A stretch of 64,000 nt of DNA from Octopus vulgaris (Eukaryota), in assembly GCA_951406725.2 (NCBI GenBank), contig OX597828.1:41850001-41914000 (forward strand), read 5' to 3'. This document shows, in pieces, positions 11,079-23,878 of this stretch. The first letter of the stretch is position 1, and each line of letters begins with the position of its first letter. The position numbers and the translations under genes are program-made. The notes beneath the pieces are model-generated. The model saw nothing but the letters and a program-made list of their open reading frames with translations. It had not been told where the DNA came from and did not search any database.

Positions 11079-12320
11079 TGTGTGTGTGTATGTGTGTTGT
11101 TAAGAAGAACATTTTGCAACTTCATGTTTTCGGATTCAGTCCCACACTGCGCAAAACCATGAATAAATATATTTTACTATAGCCTCAATACCTCAATCGA
11201 GTCGTTCGACTAAAGCCTTGCCATTCTACTCAAAGACATTCTCCCAATGACTTCATCTATTTTCAGATAAAGTTTGTATAGAGCCTCTAAGTACATTAGC
11301 TTACGCGGTCTAACTTTGTGTTTTCTCAGAGGCAACGGTGTGTATCTGGTATTTAAAGGAAGATTTGGTTGCTATTTCTTGCAGGTGACACAACTACGTG
11401 GTGGCACATGGACCAAGGAACCAAAGGAACACATTCTGGTATTTTTATGTAGTTCCTTCCAAAAGAAGTACTCTCCACTAACCCTATCTAATAACTATAT
11501 TATACATACATACATACATACATACATACATAAATATATACATCATACATAAATATATACATACATACGATGATCATTATTATTATTTCTTAAAAGTTAT
11601 TTCCGCCTACATTCTGCAAACATTATCATTTCATCTTTAAACACTCGAAACAAAACAAACACAAAATGTTAAAAATGGTTTTTAAAAAGCTTGTTTTCTC
11701 TGAGCGAGCGGCTAATTCTTTTGTCCTTTTCTACGTTAAATATTTTTTCCTATTCAGAACAAACAATATTCTTAAGTTAATTAACGTCGACGGAGACTGG
11801 CGTAATTAACTTATAATTTTATTTAAAAAACAATAAAAGTAAACGACAACAACATTTTTTTCTTCAAGACCTGTCAAAAATGAGTGCAAATTTTCATAAT
11901 TATATTTTAAAGAGTTTTGAATAGAAAAAAACCGTAGATTAAGAAACGATTTGAGTTATGTTAAATCAAAATCTGCTTTTATAACTTTCGTCGTGTTATC
12001 AGTCCAGATGTATGAACGTTACTCGATGTTTCAGAGTGCAGTGACGACAGAGGAAGATAGAATCCCCGACATTGGTACTCCATTCTATTCATTTATTTCA
12101 AGCTTAAGTTTCTTTTCTTCACTACTCCGAATTTCCCAAAGATCTCGAGTGAAGGAAACCACGTAGAAATCCCAGAAAGTGCCTAAAAACAAGTTCTAAA
12201 GTTTTCCTTTTCCAGCCATAGTAGCATAGCTTGAATGTTTTCCGCTCAGGGAAGCCCTTGCGTGTGCCGCTCACATCTACCGGGCCGCCAGAAGTCTATA
12301 CAACAAACCTAAAAGCGTCG

Positions 12321-12362
12321 CCCCCATAAAAGCGTCATCAGGGGCTGACGCTTTTATGGGGG
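12321..12362. repeat. Perfect 17-bp hairpin
   Basis: cccccataaaagcgtca / tgacgcttttatggggg; aaaagcgtc is also repeated directly at 12311. Confidence 0.8.
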
Positions 12363-12400
12363 TTAAGTGAAAACCACAATTAACTGAAATATGTTAAGAA

Positions 12401-13050
12401 TAATCCTTTCTACTCCAGGCACAAGGGATAAGTTGATTACAACGACCCCAGCACTGGTACTTAATCTATCGACACCGAAAGGATGAAAGGTAAAGTCGAC
12501 CATGGCAGAATTTGAACTCGCAACGTAGCGACAGACGCAATACCTATTTCTTTACTACCCACAAGAGGCTAAACACAGAGAGGACAAACAAGGACAGACA
12601 AACGGATAAAGTCGATTATATCGACCCCAGTGCGTAACTGGTACTTATTTAATCGACCCCGAAAGGATGAAAGGCAAAGTCGGCCTCGGCGGAATTTGAA
12701 CTCAGAATGTAGCGGCAGACGAAATACCTATTTCTATTTCTTTACTGCCCACAAAGGGCTAAACACAGAGGAGACAAACAATGACACACAGACGGATAAA
12801 GTCGATTATATTGACCCCAGTGCGTAACTGGTACTTAATTTATCGACCCCGAAAAGATGAAAAGCAAAGTCGACCGCGACAGACGAAATACATATTTCTT
12901 TACTACCCACAAGGGGCTAAACACAGAGAGGACAAACAAGGACAGACAAACAGATTAAGTCGATTATATCGTCTCCAGTGCGTAACTGGTACTTATTTAA
13001 TCGACCCCGAAAGGATGAAAGGCAAAGTCGACCTCGGCGGAATTTGAACT
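12401..13050 (-). mobile_element. Family A SINE array (about four units, partly deleted)
   Basis: Repeated cgaccccgaaaggatgaaaggcaaagtcgac cores and gaaatacctatttc junctions. Confidence 0.85.
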
Positions 13051-14106
13051 CATCGATAGCGGAAGATTATCACCGCCACTGCCATCACCATCGCCGGGAC
13101 GACCAGATCATATGACTTCAGCCTTCCTTGGCCTTGGCAATGGTCGATGTCCGACATACTGGAAATATAGCGATTCCTCCGCAAGCGATATAGATAGAAT
13201 CGCAGTGCCTAATCAGGCACTGGTTCCGCAAATAGCCGGTGGGATTATTAAAAAATAATTGTTAGTGACAGAAGCTGTATTAATAGTAAAAGGTAATATT
13301 TATCAATACTTAAAAATGTATGTTGTGTTAGAACATAGAATACTGCGACAATTAGCATGAGAGAACCTCTCCTATGCTTTTGTGGTGCAATATTAATATT
13401 GCTTCTGTCGCTATTAATTATTTTAAAGCTTTTAGAGCATCGAATAAATGCTTTGACATCAAATTCCACCCTCTATCCCTCTTTCTCTATCTCTCTTTCT
13501 CTCTCTCTCTTTATTTCACTCTGTCTTTCTCCCTCTCTCTCTCTCTCCCTCTCTTTCTTTTTCACTTTCTCTCTCTCTCTCTCCCTGTTTCCCTCGCTCT
13601 TTTGCTCTCTCTTTCTTTTTCATCGCACTCTCTCTGTTTCACTCTCTTTTTCTCGCTCTCTCTCTTCTTCGATCTTTAGTTCTCTCTGTCTTTCTTCCTT
13701 ATTCTCCCTCTCTCTCCCACTCTCCCTTTCTCTCTTTCTCACGCTCTCTTTCGCTCGCTCTTTATTTCTCTCTTTCTTTTTCATTCTCTCTCTCTCTCAC
13801 TCTCTTTTCCTCTCTTTCTTTCTCTCTCTTTCGCTCTCTCTCCTCACTCTTTAGTTCTCTTTGTCTTTCTCACCCTCTCTCTATCTCTTTCTTGCTCTCT
13901 TTCTCTCCATCTTTCTTTAGGTCTCTCTTTCTTTCTTACCCTCTCTCTCTTTGTTTGTTTCTCTTTTTCTCTCTCTGTATCTATCTTATGTTTCTCTCTG
14001 TCTCTCTGTCTCTTTTTCTCTGTCTCTCTCTGTTTCTCTAACACTTCGTTCATTCTTTCCATCGTCGGATGAGATCCCTACTTCCCCATTTCACGCCTAA
14101 TGTTTA

Positions 14107-14143
<37 letters not shown>

Positions 14144-14284
14144 ATCTTTCTCCCTGTCACTGTCTTTAACGGCCTCACTGTCCACTCCACACTCCCACAC
14201 TCTCACCCCTACTCCCCGCCTCCGCCTCACCATGCCCACCCCTACTGACATCTCACGTCTCCCTTTCATCTCTCTATCATCCAG

Positions 14285-14357
14285 AAACCGCCACATCTTA
14301 GATATATGCCAGAACCAGTCAACCTACAACTTCAGTCGACTAATTCGTGCACTATGG
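14285..14357 (+). CDS. Candidate internal coding exon, Munc13-4/BAIAP3-like MHD2 segment
   Basis: Long pyrimidine tract plus CAG acceptor at 14282-14284; open frame NRHILDICQNQSTYNFSRLIRALW; GTGTGT donor at 14358. NFSRLIRALW resembles the NFxRxLxxLW pattern of Munc13 homology domain 2 (family assignment from memory). Confidence 0.45.
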
Positions 14358-14721
14358 GTGTGTCAGCTGTAAAATCACTGAACATGTGTCAGTGTGTGTG
14401 TGTGTGTGTCTGTGTGTGTGTATGCGTATGCATGTGTATGGGTGTGTATATGTGTCGCTCTGTGTGTGAAGGCGGGGTTGGGGGTGGGTGGGACGGGGGC
14501 CAAAGGCGATGAGTGTGTTGCTGATGCTAAGCAACGACCAGAGTAATTCGGGTACAATGAGATGAAAGCAGACGTTACATAACAAGGAATATGATGACCG
14601 CGGAGGGCCTTTACGTAGTTGAGTGATATGTTAAAAATAGCAGCTAATTACGTTCAGATCAGATTTTATCGTCTTCATCAGGAAATAACGGACTGAAAAA
14701 TTCTGCTTTGAATATACGCAA

Positions 14722-14773
<52 letters not shown>

Positions 14774-14795
14774 GCACACGTGTATAGGTGTGTGT

Positions 14796-14832
<37 letters not shown>

Positions 14833-14869
14833 TGTGTGTGTGAGAGAGAGAGAGAGTTTGGTGTTTCTT

Positions 14870-15046
14870 TCACCTGTTACATTTTACTTGCTTCGGTCAT
14901 TGGACTGCGGCCAGTGCTTTCATTTCTTTATATATTTTTTAAGAAATCTGGTACTTATTTTATCGGTCACTTTTGCCTAGCTGCTAAATTAATGGCACAT
15001 AAAGAAACCAACACCAGCTGTTAAGCAGTGAGAGGACAAACCCAAT

Positions 15047-15050
<4 letters not shown>
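14870..15050 (-). mobile_element. Degenerate family B SINE 3' part
   Basis: ttttacttgcttcggtcattggactgcggcca ... tacttattttatcggtcacttttgcc. Confidence 0.65.
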
Positions 15051-15084
<34 letters not shown>

Positions 15085-15712
15085 TGCACATGTATTCACT
15101 CGCATACACGCATATACACACATAACGCACATATACTCACACACACACAGACACACTCACACACACACTCACACACTCATACACACACACACTCGCACAC
15201 TCATACACACACATACACACACACGCATGCACATAATAGAATAACGGTAATTATTAAACAAAGAACCATCGTCAGTGCACATTTTGATATTTATGTTTAA
15301 AAATATAAATTTCGTCATCTGACCAGAAGCCAATTGTTTGCCTGTTAATGCTTTTATTCTATTACACACATAGCAGCTTAAATGAAACACTGGTTATATA
15401 GCCAATCTTTATTATGCAGATATAATATCACTGACTTTTTAGTTGCAGTTCAAGTTGGAGTTTAGTGACCAAGTCAACATGAACATTAATTTTATGTAGA
15501 GAAGATGGATGAATATAAAAGAAATTGCGAGTGGAACCCTTCCGTAAGAGAAGACTAGCTCAGTTCTCGCTGTCCCACTCAGGTGAAGTATAGAGGCTAA
15601 GGGTCGAAACGCTTGTGACTCTAAGATGCCTGCTGACGACACGGAGGGTTTCCCAGGGCTGCAATAAACTTAGAAGGGCTTAGAAAATCTCTGAGTAGCT
15701 CCTGCAGTTTCT

Positions 15713-16310
15713 TATTTCTTTATTGCCCACAAGGGGCTATACATAGAGGGGACAAACAAGGACAGACAAAGGGATTAAGCCGATTAGATCGAGCCCAGTG
15801 CGTAACTGATACTTTATTTATCGACCCCGAAAGGATGAAAGGCAAAGTCGACCTCAGCGGAATTTGAACTCACAACGTAACGGCATACGAAATACCTATT
15901 TCTTTATTACCCACAAGGGGCTAAACACAGAGAGGACAAACAAGGACAGACAAACGGATTAAGTCGATTACATCGACCCCAGTGCGTAACTGGTACTTAA
16001 TTTATCGACCCCGAAATGATGAAAGGCAAAGTCGACCTCGGCGGAATTTGAACTGAGAACGTAGCGGCAGACGAAATACCTATTTCTTTATTACCCACAA
16101 GGGGCTAAACATAGAAGGGACAAACAAGGACAGACATAGGTATTAAGCCGATTACATCGACCCCAGTGCGTAACTGGTACTTAATTTATCGACCCAGAAA
16201 GGATGAAAGGCAAAGTCGACCTCGGTGGAATTTTAACTCACAACGTAACGCAGACGAAATACCGCTAAGCATTTCGCCCGGCGTGCTAACGATTCTGCCA
16301 GTTCGCTGCC
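15713..16310 (-). mobile_element. Family A SINE trimer (all Tx1-like tails)
   Basis: Three cores, junctions gaaatacctatttc at 15889 and 16073, full head at about 16255-16310. Confidence 0.9.
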
Positions 16311-16353
16311 TTCAGTTTCTGTGTGAGGCACGGCAAAGCATCTCTGATATTTG

Positions 16354-16394
<41 letters not shown>

Positions 16395-16494
16395 GAAGCA
16401 CGCATACTTATTAGTTCAAAATTTACTTCCACCTTGCGAGATGTTTCGTCTCGATGAGGGGATCTCAACCATGTTTGTTTTTTTTTTGTTTTTT

Positions 16495-16880
16495 TACTAC
16501 TATTTTATTCTGGCGGATCCCTACAACCATTCAATGTTTCAAAAATTCCCAGTTTGCTTTTCACACATTCACTGGTGTATTTTGGACTACGTAATATGTC
16601 AGAGAAAGAAACCTAGCTATTTCTTGCAATAAACACCGATACATACACCTAAAGCAAAATTTTTTGAGGGGCCCTTAAAAACTACCGTAGATCCCTGATT
16701 TACTATTTAGCTCTCGTGGACTTTTTATGGTTACTATTTTATTCTGGTGGTCATCCATAGCCATTCCATGTTTTATAGAAACTTCTTTCAAAATTCCTAT
16801 TTTCTTTTCCACACTTTAACTTGTGTAGGTTGAACAACGTAAAATGTTAGAGAAAGAAACCTCTCTGTTTCTTGCACTAA
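16495..16880. repeat. Diverged tandem duplication (period about 240 bp)
   Basis: tactattttattctgg ... agagaaagaaacct ... tttcttgca occurs twice. Confidence 0.65.
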
Positions 16881-17191
16881 GTTCATCTAAACCAAGTGTT
16901 TTTCAGGGGCTCTTATTGTGGATCACCAATTTGTTATTTTCTTGTGTGACCACACAAAATATTATATGGAACTCCAGGGGAGGGGCGAATGAGAACGCTG
17001 GTCTAGATAAATGGTAAAACTGCTTCCAAATTCATCCGTGTTTTGGGAGCTAAGAAACAAGGCTGAGAGATATTCGTTGGTGAATGAATGTGTGGAAGTG
17101 CGTGTGTGAGCGCCTTTATATATGTGTGTGCGTGCGTGGGTGTGCGTACGTGCGCGCGTATGTGTATGTATATAGATATACATATATATGC

Positions 17192-17595
<404 letters not shown>

Positions 17596-18047
17596 TATAT
17601 AAGGTGAGCTGGCAGAATATATATACATACACACACGTATACACATACATGTATAATATATACACACAAATACACATACACACACACACAAATATGAAAG
17701 TGTATCAACGTGTATGCGTGTGTGTGAGTGCGTGAGTGTGCGTGCGTGTGTGTGTGTGTTGTACTTCCGATTTGAACGCCAGTCTCATCCATCATTGCTA
17801 ACGAAGCATGATGGTGTATTTACCTGTTAATGTGTGGAAACGGCGAGAAGTCAGAACATGTTTAACGGTCTTTTAGTCTCCGTTGATAATGGAGTACTCT
17901 ATCTAAATAGCTAAGCGTGAGCGCACGTATGCGTGCGCACACACGCATCCGACATCCGACATGCATCCGACATGCAGGAATGTATGCGTGTGAATAGATA
18001 AACGCGTATCTACAGGCATGTGTGCGTGTACATACACACCTACCTAC

Positions 18048-18144
<97 letters not shown>

Positions 18145-18149
18145 CACCC

Positions 18150-18190
<41 letters not shown>

Positions 18191-18192
<2 letters not shown>

Positions 18193-20119
18193 AAAGCGGC
18201 TGGTTTCGGTCCAGTTTTCCGCGGTTGGATCGCTGCCTTATACAGCGGCATCCGCTCAGTAGTTCGCGTAAATGGTCATCTATCCAGACCTTTTAACATC
18301 ATGCGTTCGGTTCGTCAGGGATGCCCCCTCTCATCGCTGCTGTATGTACTGACTCTTGAGCCACTACTGCGGAAACTGGCGACGCTGAGGGGCATCCCAC
18401 GAGAGCTGGGATGCGGGAGGAGCGTGTCTGCATACGCGGATGACGTCACCGTCATAGTGTCGAGCTACGAGCACATCGAGCTGGTCGGCGAGACACTGAA
18501 AGAATACGAAGCGGTAACGGGAGCAAAAATTAACCGGGAAAAGTCAGTGGGCTTGCGGCTCGGCAACTGGAGAAGCAAGCCCATGCCGTCCAACAGCGTC
18601 TCCATCGTGGGACGCTGGACGGACGGACCGGTTAAATTGCTCGGGGTCTGGTTCGGTCCGGACCTCCAAATGGAGAAGAACTGGGGCGAGATAACGACTA
18701 GGGTGGCTACTCTCACCCAGAAATGGACTGAGAGAAAGCTATCCCTAAAAGGTCGGGCGGAGGTGGCGAACGCGTACATCGCATCCGTCATCGAGTATCG
18801 TCTGACCGTCGTGCCTTGTCCCGACCCTACCATCACCAAACTGGAACGCATACTCTTCCGCTTCTTGTGGAAGGGAAACGTTCCGATGGTTAGGCGATCC
18901 ATTTGCTGCCAACACCCGCTAAATGGAGGGCTGGGCATGCCGTGGTTGATGATGCGCAGACATGCGCTGAGACTGCGACATCTCCGGCGCTTCATAGACA
19001 ACGGTGAACAGGGGTGGTCGCCTTTTGTGCGGCGCGCTTTCCCGCAGCTCGTCTCCTTGGACGAACTACAGTCATGGATCAAGCAGAGACCGAGGCTAGG
19101 CGAATGGCACCGCGAGTGTCGCGTTGCTCTCAAGCAACTCTGCCGTCCGGGATCGAACTTGTGCGACTCCATCACAACAAAGGCATTCTATAGAGGATTA
19201 GTGGAGGGGAGGTGCGACGACGAACTCGGGCAGAGTCTGGGCGTCGACGAGGAACACCTGACCCGCCTGTTCAGGACAACTTTCGGGCCGGGACCTATGA
19301 ACAATCACCAAAGATCCCTGGCCTGGCAGTGCTATCGAGAAGCATTACCTGTTCGGGATAAGCTCTACAGACACGGTTCCAGACACACTGGACCGACTTG
19401 CCCGAGATGCGGTCAGAGCGACGAAACCGTTCTGCACGCACTCGTGCAATGTCCAACCATTTCCGACCTGTGGGCTTATGCCGAACGGCTGCTGTCACGT
19501 GTGGGACGAATCCGCCTATCGGCCGAGTCTATCGTGAGAATTGCTCCGCCCCCTTCCCTCAACCGGGAAGGCAAGGCAGTTTTCATCGTACTGGTGGCCA
19601 TGGTGAAAGAATGTGTGTGGTGGACTCGAGCGAAAGGATTAGAGACAAACACTTACCTCTCTGGCCAATCGCTCATCAACTTTTTCAAGTACCACTTGAA
19701 AAGGAAGGTGAGAATGGAGAGGGAAGTTTTGTCTCGCGAAAGATTCAAAAAAAGATGGGTGAATGTTGCAAAGATGGTGCGTGCTAGTAACGAAACCATT
19801 TTGAGCATGATCCTGTAGATCGTAAAAAAGAAAGAAAGAGAGCATTTTTGACCTCATGTGTTTATTTCCTCCCTGACTGGGGTTCCCGTGGTCTTTTCTG
19901 TAGGCTTTTCTTCCCACGGATGAACCCAATCTTGTTATATCAATGTTTACACCATTATTTCTGTGATACACGATTTCCTTTTTTTTTCCTTTTTTCCTCC
20001 TCTCGATCCCTTTTGATCGCAATCTTACATTTTTATTTTTTTCCACCCTCGAAAAGAAAAGCTCTGCATTTGTATTTGTCCCCTCTGTATTCAGCCCTGT
20101 GTGGCTAATAAAAGAAAGT
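18191..20119 (+). mobile_element. 5'-truncated Tx1-type (L1 group) non-LTR retrotransposon inserted in (TCTA)n
   Basis: GC-rich island bounded by (TCTA)n at 18049-18192 and 20120-20225; ORF2 C-terminal half plus about 300 bp of 3' UTR ending aataaaagaaagtt with no poly(A). Confidence 0.9.
18193..19818 (+). CDS. LINE ORF2 fragment: reverse transcriptase C-terminal part and CCHC zinc knuckle
   Basis: [37 protein letters not shown] (18433), KLSLKGR, GGLGMP and [18 protein letters not shown]; no stops or frameshifts. Confidence 0.92.
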   Translation, partial: KAAGFGPVFRGWIAALYSGIRSVVRVNGHLSRPFNIMRSVRQGCPLSSLLYVLTLEPLLRKLATLRGIPRELGCGRSVSAYADDVTVIVSSYEHIELVGETLKEYEAVTGAKINREKSVGLRLGNWRSKPMPSNSVSIVGRWTDGPVKLLGVWFGPDLQMEKNWGEITTRVATLTQKWTERKLSLKGRAEVANAYIASVIEYRLTVVPCPDPTITKLERILFRFLWKGNVPMVRRSICCQHPLNGGLGMPWLMMRRHALRLRHLRRFIDNGEQGWSPFVRRAFPQLVSLDELQSWIKQRPRLGEWHRECRVALKQLCRPGSNLCDSITTKAFYRGLVEGRCDDELGQSLGVDEEHLTRLFRTTFGPGPMNNHQRSLAWQCYREALPVRDKLYRHGSRHTGPTCPRCGQSDETVLHALVQCPTISDLWAYAERLLSRVGRIRLSAESIVRIAPPPSLNREGKAVFIVLVAMVKECVWWTRAKGLETNTYLSGQSLINFFKYHLKRKVRMEREVLSRERFKKRWVNVAKMVRASNETILSMIL

Positions 20120-20145
20120 TATCTATCTATCTATCTATCATCATC

Positions 20146-20225
<80 letters not shown>

Positions 20226-20617
20226 CTTTTACTCTTTTACTTGTTTCAGTCATTTGACTGTGGTCATGCTGGAGCACCGCCTTTAATCGAGCAACTCGAC
20301 CCCAGGACTTATTCTTTGTAAGCCTAGTACTTATTCTATCGGTCTCTTTTGCCGAACCGCTAAGTTACGGGGACGTAAACACCAGCATCGGTTGTCAAGC
20401 GATGTTGGGGGGACAAATACAGACACACAAACACACACACACATATATATACATATATACGACGGGCTTCTTTCAGTTTCCGTCTACCAAATCCACTCAC
20501 AAGGCTCTGGTCGGCCCGAGGCTATAACAGAAGACACTTGCCCAAGGTGCCACGCAGTGGGAGTGATCCCGGAACTATGTGGTTGGGAAGCAAGCTTCTT
20601 ACCACACAGCCATGCCT
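20226..20617 (-). mobile_element. Family B SINE, full length
   Basis: cttttactcttttacttgtttcagtcatttgac ... accacacagccatgcctgc. Confidence 0.9.
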
Positions 20618-21652
20618 GCTAGTTCTAAAATCTGTATACAAAATAAAAGTAGTAAATCTACTGAAAAGAAATGGTTGTTACCACTTCAACGCGGTTGTTC
20701 CATATAGAACACAGTTACTACACTTTTATAACCCTAGGAGGACATCTCCTCCAGGTGGTTAACGACACACTATCTGTGTCCGTTATATAGGAAACAAAGA
20801 AGCGAATAACTGGTATCTAGCGCTGAGAGGAACAGGTAGACCAATAGGTGTGCTCCTGGGGTTACAAAAAGTAGAGACAGAATTGTTGGATTCTTTTTCA
20901 TATAGATATGGACAAATAAACTTGCATCAACCACCAGTAACATCATCAGCAGCAACAGCAGCAACAGCAGTAGCAGCACTATCAGCACCACCACTACCAC
21001 CATCGGCAACATTATCATCAGTATATGTCACCACCATAACTCCTCTTTCTTGAATGTTGTAAGAACAACAACAACAGTGGCATCTATATCAACAACAACA
21101 ATAACAACTAAAATAAAATAATAAATTAGATAAAATGCTGGGTGTATATATTTTGTAGGGGAAAGATAAGAACATTTTTTTCTGCAGACAAACGTGAATG
21201 AGAAACACGTCGACTGATGGTGGCCATATGTGATGGCAGACTTCCTGAAATCTACGCGCCGTTGGTTGAACTGTCGGTCAAAATTATCTCCCTTTATGCG
21301 CTGGGTTCAAATCTCGCACGGTTCAACTTTGTTTTACCTTCTTCCGGTGTCGGTCAAATAAAGTACCAGTTATGTACGGAGGTTTTTGTAATCAGTTAGA
21401 TTCTTGCGATAAAATTGCTGGCCTTGCAGCAAATTTTGAAACTATTTTTAATAGCCGCTACAGGTAAGTGCTGCGAGCCAAACAAAAGACCATCAACCTA
21501 GTCTCTCGACCTGCTTGACAGCAACGAAATCGGTTTTACATACATACATACATACATATATGCATACATACAAACATACATACATTCACACATACACATA
21601 TACATACATACATACATATATATGTGTGTGTATGTATGTATGTATGTATGTA

Positions 21653-21685
<33 letters not shown>

Positions 21686-21686
21686 G

Positions 21687-21717
<31 letters not shown>

Positions 21718-21730
21718 GTATATATATGTA

Positions 21731-21794
<64 letters not shown>

Positions 21795-21849
21795 TGTATG
21801 TATGTATGTATGAATGTATGTATATAACACACGCACACACACACACATA

Positions 21850-22070
21850 CTTTTTTACTCTTTTTCACGTTCAGCCATTTGACTGCAGCCATGCTGGAGC
21901 ACCGCCTTTAGTCTAACAAATCAACCCCAGGACTTATTCTTTGCAAGCGTTGTACTTATTCTGTCGGTCTGTTTTGCCGAACCGCTTTGTTTCGGTGACA
22001 TAAACTCACTAACATCGGTTGTCAAGCGATGCTGGATGGTGGGGACAAGCACAAATACAAAGACACACAC
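21850..22070 (-). mobile_element. Family B SINE 3' half
   Basis: ccatgctggagcaccgcctttag ... accccaggacttattctttg ... catcggttgtcaagcgatg. Confidence 0.8.
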
Positions 22071-22424
22071 GCATAAATATATATACATATACATATGCAT
22101 ATATATATATATATGTGTGTGTATGTGTATTGGATAACGTGTATTGGTAAACATTTAAGCTGCGCATTGTGAATCGCGTAGGTTAAGCAATTCTTCCAGG
22201 TTTAATAAAATAGTGTACCAGTTATATATTCGGGTAGATTCAATCAATCTTGCGTTCTCGTCCAGTATGTTCAATTTCCTGTAATCAAAAGGAGTTAGTG
22301 TGTATAAGTTAACAGAATGTTTGGCAAATATACCTCGCTGTATTCTAGCTTTTCATGTTCTTCGGTGATGTCCCGCTGATGCGAAATTTTTCTTTAACAT
22401 TTCTGTGGAAGATTAGATAAAGTA

Positions 22425-22990
22425 TTGGGTTGTCCGGAAAGTTCGTGCCGATTTTTAAAGGAAAGAAAAAGGTCAATAAATACTTGCCATTACATTTTTG
22501 ATCAACCAAATATGAACAATTTTTTTGCACAATGCGTCTCCATCTTTCCTGTAACTTGAAAATACCCTCTTCCCAGAATTGTGGTGGTTTCGTGGCAAAT
22601 AATTCATCAAGGTATCTTTTTACGTCATCCAAGGAATTGAAATTTTTACCATTAAGACTATTCTGCAGAGACCTGAATAAGTGGAAATCCGAACGAGCAA
22701 TATCTGGTGAATATGGAGAGTGGAGTAACACATCCCAGCCGAGCTGAAGCAATTTTTGTCTGGTTCCCAAAGCATCAGATGCCGAAAATGAACTTTCTTA
22801 TCTTCCATTTTAAAGGGTTACAGAATTAACACAGGTTATAAGAACATAAACCTTCTTCCACGAAAAGATAGCTTAAACTGTGCTCTAAATGGAGGTGTAG
22901 TCAAATCCTATTTTATTGACTCAAGCATGTTCTAAAATAAGACGAAATGTAAGCTACTATAAATCGGCACGAACTTTCCGGACAATTCAA
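22425..22990 (-). mobile_element. Non-autonomous mariner deletion derivative
   Basis: TIRs ttgggttgtccggaaagttcgtgccgattt / aaatcggcacgaactttccggacaattcaa with TA TSD; N-terminal MEDKKVHFRHLML fused to C-terminal LGWDVLLHSPYSPDIARSDFHLFRSLQN. Confidence 0.92.
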
Positions 22991-23662
22991 TATATAAGAT
23001 AAAATCATGTACTTGGCGTGATATAGATATAGTCGGCTGTCCCTTGTCTCCCAATTTTGTGATTCTGTACCCACACCACAAGCCTTCGGCGACTTTTCAA
23101 CACTATTCCCAATTCAAGAGTTGTCTTTGCTTCTTTCCAGTTGAATTCCTATTTCCTTTCATCTTCATTTCATGCACCGCACTGTGTATCTCCCTGAAGA
23201 AAGGCCTTCCTCTCTAAGACCTTGTTGGATTTGAATTAATATCGATGCTTCTGCAGCTTCGCTTCTTCTTGGTAGGGTCGTTGGACCTATACGAACCTAT
23301 TTTTTATCTCTGAGATGCAGTGATTCATATTAAACTAGCCACTACCATTTGTCCTGTCCAGTATGAAAAGCCTGGGATAGAAAGGGCTCCTTAGCCGTAG
23401 TGAAGGCAATCTATCTAGGGAGATAACCTTACAATAAATCACTCGGTCCGTAGCTTAGAAATACTGGGTTGACGTCCAGCGGGAACAGTTTTGTTTCATG
23501 GAGGAGGAAAGATCTTCTTTAGTACTTGGTTGTACAATGCTTTCCAATGTGTGTAGTAGTGGCGCGCGCACACATTCTTAGCCATTTGAAAAGACTGTGG
23601 AATTTACAATTAACTGCACCAGGGTTCCTCTTCCCCAGGGAACCAGACCTAATGGTATACCT

Positions 23663-23750
23663 GCAGATATAGGTCCAGCAGATATAGGTCCAGCAGATAT
23701 AGGTCCAGCAGATATAGGTCCAGCAGATATAGGTCCAGCAGATATAGGTC
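23663..23750. repeat. 15-bp minisatellite (gcagatataggtcca), about 6 units
   Basis: Direct reading. Confidence 0.95.
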
Positions 23751-23878
23751 TGATCACGTTCTCCAGGGATACAGGCATCCAGCAACAGGACCTCCGTAAT
23801 GCCATGATGGATCGTGAAGTCTGGCATAGCATGGTAAATTCCATTGTCTCGACCACGGTCGAACAATGATGATGATGA
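23750..23878 (+). mobile_element. 3' end of an RTE-like LINE
   Basis: SRDTGIQQQDLRNAMMDREVWHSMV...stop, followed by a (TGA)n tail; DRxxW is typical of RTE C-termini. Confidence 0.7.

Noticed and set aside
12038-12076. Possible small exon SAVTTEEDRIPDI after tttcag
   Set aside because: The donor is weak (GTACTC), the phase does not match the 14285 exon, and no homology is recognisable.
18022-18192. N-terminal 57 aa (YLSI repeats) of the 598-aa ORF
   Set aside because: This is an in-frame read-through of the (TCTA)n flank; the LINE is 5'-truncated and lacks its endonuclease and RT N-terminus.
23597-23869. ORF with PADIG x6 repeats as a repeat protein
   Set aside because: It arises from the 15-bp minisatellite fused in frame to an RTE end.
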